In this document: piece by piece, positions 52,661 to 61,650 of the stretch | Position numbering within the stretch: position 1 is the first letter of the stretch | How the letters are laid out: each line of letters starts with the position of its first letter | Assembly: GCF_046119375.1 (NCBI RefSeq) | Contig: NW_027362771.1 | Span: forward strand, 546,654,001-546,718,000 | Direction: 5' to 3' | Length of the DNA: 64,000 nucleotides | Source: Phyllobates terribilis | Lineage: Eukaryota | Translations under genes and position numbers: made by a program | The notes under the pieces: generated by a model | Told to the model about the DNA's origin: nothing | The model's input: the letters and a program-made list of their open reading frames with translations, nothing else | The model's database searches: none

Positions 52661-53399
52661 TTCCCGACCTCTCCGGGCAGGAACGGATCTGGTGCTCCTT
52701 ACTGCCACAGTAGAAGCAGCTCCCCTCGGCTCGGCATAACTCTTGACGGGTCTTGACCATCTTGTTCTGGTCGACCTGCATAGGCTCGGGTGAGTGCGCC
52801 TGGGGAGTAGCGGGAGAAGTGACGGATTTCTGAAAGGTAGGGGCTAGACGTGGAAACCTCCTCTCACGGGTGACCTCTTTGGCGCGTTCCTGGAACCGGA
52901 TGTCAATCCGGGTGGCAAGAGTTAAGTCGTCGAGAGTGGTAGGAATGTCCCGACCGGCGAGTTCATCTTTAATACGGCTGGACAGACCCTCCCAAAAGAC
53001 AGACACCAGGGCGTCGTTATCCCAGGCCAGCTCCGAAGCAAGGGTACGGAACCGTATGGCATATTGGCCCACGGTGAGATTTCCTTGATGGAGGCGTAGC
53101 AGAGATGATGCGGATGAGGTCTTCCGTCCGGGTTCGTCGAAGACTTTCTGGAAAGCCGTGAGAAAGGCTGGCAGGTTGGACACCAGGGGGTCTCCTCTCT
53201 CCCATAGAGGATTTAGCCAAGCCAGTGCCTCTCCCGTGAGATGGGACATGATGAAGGCTACTTTGGCCCGGTCAGAGATAAACTGGTGGTACAGGAGTTC
53301 AAAGTGCAGGGTGCACTGGTTTATGAAGCCCCGAGCTTGAGTGGGGTCGCCTCCGAAGCGAGGAGGTGCAGAGGGAGCTTGGGTGCCACCGGGTTCCAT
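52647..53399 (-). CDS. gag: Ty3-type Gag with CCHC knuckle (250 aa)
   Basis: PPRFGGDP...ARGFINQC...KVAFIMSHLTGEALAW...CFYCGSKEHQIRSC. Ends with GGGAAAC and TAG. Confidence 0.9.
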   Translation of the reverse strand: MEPGGTQAPSAPPRFGGDPTQARGFINQCTLHFELLYHQFISDRAKVAFIMSHLTGEALAWLNPLWERGDPLVSNLPAFLTAFQKVFDEPGRKTSSASSLLRLHQGNLTVGQYAIRFRTLASELAWDNDALVSVFWEGLSSRIKDELAGRDIPTTLDDLTLATRIDIRFQERAKEVTRERRFPRLAPTFQKSVTSPATPQAHSPEPMQVDQNKMVKTRQELCRAEGSCFYCGSKEHQIRSCPERSGNACV

Positions 53400-55653
53400 G
53401 GCCCGAGCAAACTGTAACGGGTCTGGGAGGTGGAACGTCTGAGCAACGATACAAAGGGGCAGTCCTTGTAAGGAAGCGGGTGGCTCCCAGGGTAGGCGGG
53501 CAGGTAGTCACGGCAAGTGACGGGGACAGTCTCTGGGTAGAAGGGCAGGGGGTCACGGCAAGTGACGGGGACAGTCTCTGGGTAGAAGGGCAGGAGGTCA
53601 CGGCAAGTGACGGGGACAGTCTCTGGTTAGAAGGGCAGGAGGTCACGAAAAGTGACGGGAACAGTCTCTTGACAGGCGGGTGGTCACGGCAAGTGATGGC
53701 TAAGCTTCCAGGTAGGCTAGCAGGCAGGTAGCAGGCGGACGCTCCCAGGTGAGCGGGTAAGAGTCTCTGGACAGGCAGGTGGTCACAGCACGTGACGGCA
53801 GAGCCTTCAGGTAGGCTAGCAGGCAGGTAGCAGGCGGATGCTCCCAGGTGAGCGGGTAAGAGTCTCTGGACAGGCAGGTGGTCACAGCACGTGACGGCAG
53901 AGCCTCCAGGTAGGCTAGCAGGCAGGTAGCAGATGAGCGCTCCCAGGTGAGCGGGCAATCAGATCCATAGACAGACTGGCAGGGCTGGTAGGCAGACTGT
54001 CGGACCGCAGGAATGCAAGTAGATAGACAAGTATCAGGCAGGTATCAAGCAGGAATCTGGCAGGTAACTGGTAACGGGACCTGAGGGCTGAAGCAGAGTG
54101 ATAGACTATGCAACAGTATTGCTCGGGCACCTCCATTTTGGAGGAGGTGCCTTATATATGGTGAGGTCCTCCGGCCATTGGCCGGGGACTCCTTAGGACG
54201 GCGCGCGGGGCCCCTTTAAGAGAGGTGGATCGCGCGCGCGCTCTAAGCACAGTGGCCGGGAAGCAGCGCGCGCTGCCAGCAGAGCGGGAGGAAGGCGCCG
54301 GGCACGGAGCGGAGAGGTGAGGGGAACAGCGTCCCTGCCTAGCAGGAGGCAGGGACGCCGACGCTACACAGACAATGATAGGCTGTTCAGCCAAAATGAT
54401 CTCCAATGCTTTAAAATGGAAAGTAAAACCAGAGAGATGTGGAAGAAAACGGAGGACTACCATTCGAATGGATCGAAGAATAGTCAGAATGGCAAAGGCT
54501 CAGCCAATGATCAGCTCCAGGATGATCAAAGATAGTGTCAAGTTACCTGAGTACTGTGACAGTTAGAAGACCCCTGTGTGAAGCTAATCTCTTAACAAGA
54601 AGTCCCCTGCAAAGTCCCACTGTAAAAAGACATGTACTGAAGCAGATACAATTTGACAAATAACACATCAATTGGCCTAAGGAGAAATGGAGAAACATTT
54701 TGTGGACTGATGAAAGTAAAATTGTTCTTTTTGGGTTCAAGGGCCGCATACAGTTTCAGACGACCCCCATACACTGCATTCAAGCCACAGTACACTCTGA
54801 AGATAGTGAAGAATCGTGGTGCAAACATCATGATATGGGCATGTTTATCTTACCATGGTGCTGGACCTATTTACCGCATACCAGGGATCATGGAACAGTT
54901 GCATAAATTAAAATACTTGAAGAGGTCATGTTGCCTTACGCTGAAGAGGATATGCACTTGAAGTGGGTGTTTCAACAAGACAAAGATCCTAAACACCAGT
55001 AAACAAGCAAAATCGTGGCTCCAGTCCAACAAAATTGAGGTTATGGAGTGGCCAGCCCAATCCCCGGACCTTAATCTGATATAACACTTGTGGGGTGACA
55101 TAAAAAATGCAGTTTGAGGCAAAGCCAACAAATGCCCAAAAATTCTGGGAAGTAGTCAAAGCATCCTGGACTGGAATAACAGTTGACAAGTGCCAGAAGT
55201 TGGTGAACTCCATACAACGTAGATGTGAAGCAGTTCTAAAAAACTGTGGGTATACAACTAAATATTAGGTTAGTGATTCACAGGAATGCTAAATCCTCAA
55301 AAAAGAGAGTACATATTGTGAGTTTGTAAAGCCAAATGCAGATACTGCTATTTTTTTAGAACAGCCCAATGTTCATTTTTGTTATTTTCTGTAAAGTAGT
55401 TAAAAATTCTATACAATTCTCCATGTTTTGAATTAGAAAACAGTGTTCAATGTTCCCAATGCATGGAAATAAAAACTAGTATCAAGATTTTGTGCTTGAC
55501 TCACGATTTTGAACACACTGCTATTATTTTGAACACTACAGTATGTATATAATATATATATGTCTCTGTTTAATGTGGTAAAATTAGTAAACGCAGAGTA
55601 TCATAGACAAATTCTGCAGGCTTTTGTTAGAAATTTTGTTGGTAATATTTCAG

Positions 55654-58600
55654 CACTGTATGTGTGTAACACAATTTTTGTTCCTGGGTTCTGTTATATT
55701 TCAACTGCTCACATATAAACTTGATAAAAAAAAATCACCAACATTCCTCATGAACTTTGATTTTGTCATAATGGCCTATGCTAGTTTTGTACTTAATGAG
55801 ATAAAACACAAAATTTTGACTTGTACTTGTGTTTTATCATAGAAACAATAAACATTTCACTACAAATATACAATTATTGTAACATCCCTGGCGGCGTGCT
55901 GGCATGGCTTACCATCTCCCACCATGCAAGACCGCCAACTTACCTATCAGTCCAGGCTGCACACTTTGCTCCAGTATGTGCTGTGTGCATGTCTCTTGTC
56001 TGATTGCTTAGGGCGGCGGCACTGTTACTGCTTGATTCTTAAACTTACAGTGTGCGCAGTCCTAATGCCTCCCCAGCCTATTGCTGTGAGTCACTGGATA
56101 CTTAAACCCCCTCCACCCAGTGTGTTCTGTGCAACTGAGTTGCCAGGTCCTGTCCTGTATCTTGTCTGTTTCCGCCACCCTGGGGGCTGAGTATCCAGGC
56201 CTGTTACCTGTATCTGTGACTTCTAGTCTGTTTCTGCCACCCTGGGGGCTGAGTTCCCAGGCTGGTTCCTGTATCTTGTTCCGGGTTCAGTGCCTGTCTG
56301 AACTGTGTCCTAGCCCGTTACCTGTTTGTCTCTATGTCCGTACCTGTCCTTTTCCTGCAGTGTCTGAACCTGCACCTAACTCCAGCTCGTTGTCTCTGTA
56401 CTTCCGTTTGCGAGTTTTGTGTCCACTCGCTGCTTCATTGTAAGTACCTTGTGTGTATCTGTATCTGGTTCTGCTTGTCTCGTTTCCCTGCCTCCGTATC
56501 TACCTCCTGTGTTCTAACTATCTTTCTGTGTTTCCCAGTCTGTTCCATGTGAACAGAGCCCTGTCCTGTCTGCCTGCACCTTCTTCTCAGTTCTGCCTCG
56601 CTTGTCCACCGCACCTGTGGTTTCGCCCTGCTCTGCTTATCCACAGCGCCTGCGGTTTCGCTCTGCTTGTCCACCGTGCCTGCTGTTTCGCTCTGCTTGT
56701 CCACCACGCCTGCTGTTTTGCTCTGCTTGTCCACCGAGCCCGCTGTTTCGCTCTGCTCTGCTTGTCCACCGCGCCTGCAGTTTCGCTCTGCTCTGCTTGT
56801 CCACCGCATCTGCAGTTTCACTCTGCTCTGCTTGTCCACCGCGCCTGCGGTTTCGCTCTGCTCTGTTTGTCCACCGCGCCTGCGGTTTCGCTCTGCTCTG
56901 CTTGTCCACCGCGCCTGCGGTTTCGCTCTGCTTGTCCACCACGCCTGCTGTTTTGCTCTGCTTGTCCACCGAGCCTGCTGTTTAGCTCTGCTCTGCTTGT
57001 CCACCGCGCCTGCGGTTTCGCTCTGCTCTGCTTGTCCACCGCGCCTGCGGTTTCACTCTGCTCTGTTTGTCCACCGCGCCTGCGGTTTCACTCTGCTCTG
57101 CTTGTCCACCGCGCCTGCGGTTTCACTCTGCTCTGCTTGTCCACCGCGCCTGCGGTTTCGCTCTGCTCTGCTTGTCCACCTCGCCTGCGGTTTCGCTCTG
57201 CTTGTCCACCGCGCCTGCGGTTTCGCTCTGCTTGTCCACCGCGCCTGCTGTTTGGCTCTGCTCTGCTTGTCCACTGTGCCCGCGGCTCTGTTCCTGTATC
57301 CCAGTCTGTACTGGTCCCTATCCAGCCTGCGTTCCTACCTGCCAGTATCTGCCAGTCTGCATACCAGCCGTGCCTGCCAGTACCCGCCTGTCTGCATACC
57401 AGCCGTGCCTGCCAGTACCTGCCTGTCTGCATACCAGCCGTGCCTGCGAGTACCCACCTGTCTGCATACCAGCTGTGCCTGCCCGTTCCTGCATTCCCTG
57501 GTGTGGGTCAATAGCTGTGACCGGGGTCTGACCTGGAGTAGCACCTGGGCCACCTCCCACGTCCCTCCTCAGACCACGGAGTCGATTGAGCCGCCGTGTG
57601 TTCGTGGTCGGATCTGGCGAGGCCCCTAGTCACGCCCCTCCAGGCACTCCTCGGTTCGTGGACCACTAACCACGCTCACGCCAGTCAGTCCGGGCGTGAG
57701 CGTAACATTTATTATGAAACTCGATCAATGCTATGTATAATATCTAAAAAAACTATTCTATCTTCTGGATTTGCGACCATATTGCATATCACTTTCACGA
57801 ATAAGTCCCCAAATATAGTCTCCCATCATGTTCTCGTCATACTGTCCTTGGGAACGGTGTTCAAAGTTCGTTATGTCCTGGTGAAAGCGCTCGTCTTGTT
57901 CCTCTGAATAAGCTCCCATGTTCTCTTTGAATTTATCAAGATGGGCATATAAAAAATTTAGACTTTGAGTGACGTCCTTCAGCCCATAGTTTTCGTCTTT
58001 GTGATTGCCTAGAAAACTTGGATGCTTTTCATCTAATAAGTTCCATTACTTGAGCCTTGATGTCAGAAGCTCAGCATAGGACTTGGTGAGACCAAGGTTC
58101 TTTGATCACATAGTTGAGGTCTTTTTGTTGTATGGCATCGGTTCCTCAGCTGCATCTGAAAAATTTAAACCGGGATCTTCAATGTATACCTTGGTGTCTG
58201 ACTTGCTGCTTTCTCCTGAAGGTAGTTGATCTCTGTGTGGAGGAGTTGGTAGAGGGAGCTCAGGGCAATGAAGTACTGGGGCGATGGATGAAGGACTGTC
58301 AGGATACATGACAGGTGGTGCGTTTTTGCCAGTTCTCAAAATTTTGCTAAATAAAAATCTGCCATCTAAACACACAAAATAAGGTGCCCACGGTTTGTCT
58401 TCATCCCCAACAGGCACGTCAAAGTATGCTTTGTAGGCCTCACACATCTTAGTAGATGATTTCACAGAGAATTTGAGAATTTTTTTTGCTCTTGTCTTTA
58501 TAAATTGGCCACAGACATAGCAAAATGCATCTGTCGGATGTATGCAACCTCTTGAAGCCATCTAAATTAACTGTAGCCGTGTACACAAGTTTACTTACTC

Positions 58601-58936
58601 TGCAGAAGAGCAAATGAAATGGTTAGTTTAGGATAACTGTATTTATACTGCTATGTACACTTCTGGACAATTCAAGAATGTTCTAGATAATTCTGGACAG
58701 TTCTAGGAACTTTTTGATAGTTCTCACAGTTCAGGAACCTTCTCGAAGTCTATACTCAGCACTGAATATATCACGAATATTTTTAAAAATAGATAAATTT
58801 CAAAATATCATTGTGCTGACCACAAAAGCAAAGTTTATGGGGAATAACTTTTTTTCTATTCATTTTAGGTACAAAGAATTAGGAACACACACTTGACACC
58901 TGTGAACAAAAAATTATGTATAATTGTTACATAGTG
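55654..58936 (-). mobile_element. Chapaev3-type (CMC) DNA transposon, internally deleted, interrupted by a solo LTR
   Basis: N-terminus MASRGCIHPTDAFCYVCGQF...AYKAYFDVPVGDEDKPWAP (58106-58561). C-terminal EQDERFHQDITNFEHRSQGQYDENMMGDYIWGLIRE near 57810-57910. CAC-starting termini CACTATGTAACAAT at 58936 and a degenerate match at 55654. TSD not visible. Confidence 0.7.
55878..57707 (+). mobile_element. Solo LTR inflated to 1.83 kb by internal minisatellites
   Basis: TGTAAC...GTAACA, flanks ATTAT/TTTAT (4/5). 29/34-bp repeats at ~56590-57280 and ~35-bp repeats at ~57340-57480. The 3' motif GAGTCGA..GAGCCGCCGTG...TAGTCAC.CCCCT is shared with the reverse complement of 19540-19615. Confidence 0.75.
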
Positions 58937-59380
58937 ATTTGGGCACTGTATTTTGGCATTAGTTGGCTGTAATTTTTTATTTTTTTGTACATATTTGAGT
59001 ACTATATGATGCTATTTGGGCTTTGAATATTGATATTATTTTAGTCTTCTATTGTGATTTTGTTCTGTTACCGTATTTTGAGCACTTTATATTGAACTGT
59101 ATAGTGGTATTTTGAGCACTGTATATTGGTATTAATTAGATAGGATTTTTTGGTACATATTTGGGCACTGCATGTTGGTACCGTAATTATTTCACTGTAT
59201 ATTGGTATTTTTTTCATTATTTGAGCAATGTATTTTGGCATTATTTGTGCTCTACATATAGTAATCATTTTAGTACTGTATTGTGATGTGTTACTGAGTA
59301 TTTGTTGTCTGTATTTTGTAATTTTTGTGTGAATTCTGTTTGCGTTGTCTGTATTTTGTATTTGCTGTCTATATTGTGTA

Positions 59381-60944
59381 CACCGAGTGCAGAATTATTA
59401 GGCAAATGCATATTTTGATAACTTTGATACTTTTTATACATGTTGTCCTACTCCAAGCTGCATAGGCTTGAGAGCCAACTACCAATTAAATAAATCTGGT
59501 GATGTGCATCTCTGTAATGAGGAGGGGTGTTGTCTAATGACATTAACACCCTATATAAGGTGTGCTTAATTATTAGGCAACTTCCTTTCCTTTGGCAAAA
59601 TGGGTCAGAAGAGAGATATGACGGGCTCTGAAAAGTCCAAAATTGTGAGATGTCTTGCAGAGGGATGCAGCAGTCTTGAAATTTCCAAACTTTTGAAGCG
59701 TGATCACCGAACAATCAAGCGTTTCATGGCAAATAGCCAACAGGGTCGCAAGAAGCGTGTTGGCCAAAAAAGGCGCAAAATAACTGCCCATGAATTGAGG
59801 AAAATCAAGCGTGAAGCTGCCAAGATGCCATTCGTCACTAGTTTTGCCATATTTCAGAGCTGCAACATTACTGGAGTATCAAAAAGCACAAAGTGTGCGA
59901 TACTCAGGGACAAGGCCAAGGTAAGGAAGGCTGAAAAACGACCACCTTTGAATAAGAAGCATAAGATAAAACATCAAGAATGGGCCAAGAAATATCTTAA
60001 GACTGATTTTTCAAAGGTTTTATGGACTGATGAAATGAGAGTGACTCTTGATGGGCCAGATGGATGGGCCAGAGGCTGGATCAGTAAAGGGCAGAGAGCT
60101 CCACTCAGACTCAGACGCCAGCAAGGTGAAGGTGGGGTACTGGTATGGGCTGGTATCATCAAAGATGAACTTGTGGGACCTTTTCGGGTTGAGGATGGAG
60201 TGAAGCTCAACTCCCTGACCTACTGCCAGTTTCTGGAAGACACCTTCTTCAAGCAGTGGTACAGGAAGAAGTCGGTATTGTTCAAGAAAAAGATGATTTT
60301 CATGCAGTACAATGCTCCATCACATGCATCCAACTACTCCACAGCGTGGCTGGCCAGTAAAGGTCTAAAAGAAGAAAAAATAGTGACATGGCCCCCTTGT
60401 TCACCTGATCTAAACCCCATAGAGAATCTGTGGTCCATCATAAAATGTGAGATCTACAGGGAGGGAAAACAGTACACCTCTCGGAACAGTATCTGGGAGG
60501 CTGTGGTGACTGCTGCACGCAATGTTTATCAAAAACAGATCAAGCTACTGACAGAATCTATGGATGGAAGGCTGTTGAGTCTCATCATAAAGCAAGGTGG
60601 CTATACTGATCACTAATTTTTTTGGTTTTTGTTTTTGCATGTCAGAAATGTTTATTTCTAAATTTTGTGCACTGATATTGGTTTACCTGGTGAAAATAAA
60701 CAAGTGAGATGGGATTATATTTGTTTTTTATTAAGTTGCCTAATAATTCTGCACAGTAATAGTTAGCTGCACAAACAGATATCCTCCTAAGATAGCCAAA
60801 TCTAAAAAAAACCCCACTCCAACTTCCAAAAATATTAAGCTTGGATATTTATGAGTCTTTTGGGTTGATTGAGAACATAGTTGTTGATCAATAATAAAAA
60901 TAATCCTCTAAAATACAACTTGCCTAATAATTCTGCACACAGTG
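59381..60944 (+). mobile_element. Full-length DD37E (TRT-type) Tc1-like element
   Basis: TA|CACCGAGTGCAGAATTATTAGGCAA...TTGCCTAATAATTCTGCACACAGTG|TA. Confidence 0.92.
59600..60616 (+). CDS. DD37E transposase, open 338-aa ORF with second catalytic Asp changed to Tyr
   Basis: WTDEMRVTLDG, MQYNAPSH (normally QDNAPSH), 37 residues, then SPDLNPIE. Confidence 0.88.
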   Translation: MGQKRDMTGSEKSKIVRCLAEGCSSLEISKLLKRDHRTIKRFMANSQQGRKKRVGQKRRKITAHELRKIKREAAKMPFVTSFAIFQSCNITGVSKSTKCAILRDKAKVRKAEKRPPLNKKHKIKHQEWAKKYLKTDFSKVLWTDEMRVTLDGPDGWARGWISKGQRAPLRLRRQQGEGGVLVWAGIIKDELVGPFRVEDGVKLNSLTYCQFLEDTFFKQWYRKKSVLFKKKMIFMQYNAPSHASNYSTAWLASKGLKEEKIVTWPPCSPDLNPIENLWSIIKCEIYREGKQYTSRNSIWEAVVTAARNVYQKQIKLLTESMDGRLLSLIIKQGGYTDH

Positions 60945-60959
60945 TATATTTGTGTGGAT

Positions 60960-61650
60960 CAGTGATGATGAAAGCTATGCCGTCGGCAGTCTATTTTGCC
61001 ATCAGGGACACCCGAGGTTTCATCTGAGATGTCAAACTACGCATACTGACCAGCGCCAGCATCGGCAGCAGGACGTTGCGCGATGAGGTGGTTTGTATTG
61101 ACAACATACAACGCAAATTCAGTGTGGCTCCTTCACGGGTGCCACGTTACTGCGTGGAAGAAAGGCCTGGCAATCTACTTGCGCATTGTGCCAAGAAAAC
61201 TTGGAGAGTACAACTAAAATAATTCAATATAGTGCTGGAAGATTCACCCCTAGGTCGGAAGGCACTCAACGAGCTACTGGGGAAGAGCCGCTGGTCGGCC
61301 TGAGTATGACCAATGCTCATGATAGGCCTGGATCAAAGCCGCAAGGTCATCTTGATGCTGATGTCACTTGGTCGAAAGGTAAGATCAAAACCTGCAGAGA
61401 TATCATAAAGTTCGGAATTTGGAATGTACAAACTATGAACCAAGGCAAACTTAACATCGTCAAAGCCTATATGGACAGAACAGGACTTTACTTACTCAGA
61501 ATTAGTGAACTAAGATGGACTCAATCTGGGCATTTCCAGTCAAACTAAAATGGGGTCTACTATTCTGGCAATGATAACCGAAGAAAAACCATGTCGCTTT
61601 TATCCTCAAACAAAGATTGACCGGCACTGTCCTGAAGTGCAAGGCAGTCA
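60960..61650 (+). mobile_element. RTE-clade LINE 5' UTR and APE-endonuclease N-terminus, truncated by CR1
   Basis: IKFGIWNVQTMNQGKLNIVKAYMDRTGLYLLRISELRWTQSGHF matches the RTE/BovB motif GTWNVRTMNQGKL...GISELKW. Confidence 0.8.

Larger units (their letters stand above)
48248..54368 (-). mobile_element. Near-complete Ty3/Gypsy chromovirus (Tf1/sushi type); 5' LTR 53413-54368, 3' LTR 48248-49401
   Basis: 5-bp TSD CAGAC, TG...CA LTRs, PPT GGGGGGGGGTAC next to the 3' LTR, and gag-PR-RT-RH-IN-chromodomain order. Confidence 0.97.
47800..55541 (+). mobile_element. Degenerate Tc1 element interrupted by the chromovirus at 48248-54368 (left boundary approximate)
   Basis: ATG at 48163 (MGCSRHCSEEQR...) resumes after the TSD as MIGCSAKMISNALKW...GRKRRTT. 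DR GTGTTCAAAATAATAGCA at 48021 and its complement at 55520-55537. Confidence 0.85.

Noticed and set aside
53395-53412. tRNA primer-binding site
   Set aside because: It lacks the TGG start complementary to tRNA CCA. Self-complementarity to the LTR explains it better.
56435-57629. Long Cys/Ala/Arg-rich ORFs on both strands
   Set aside because: They derive from minisatellites inside a solo LTR.
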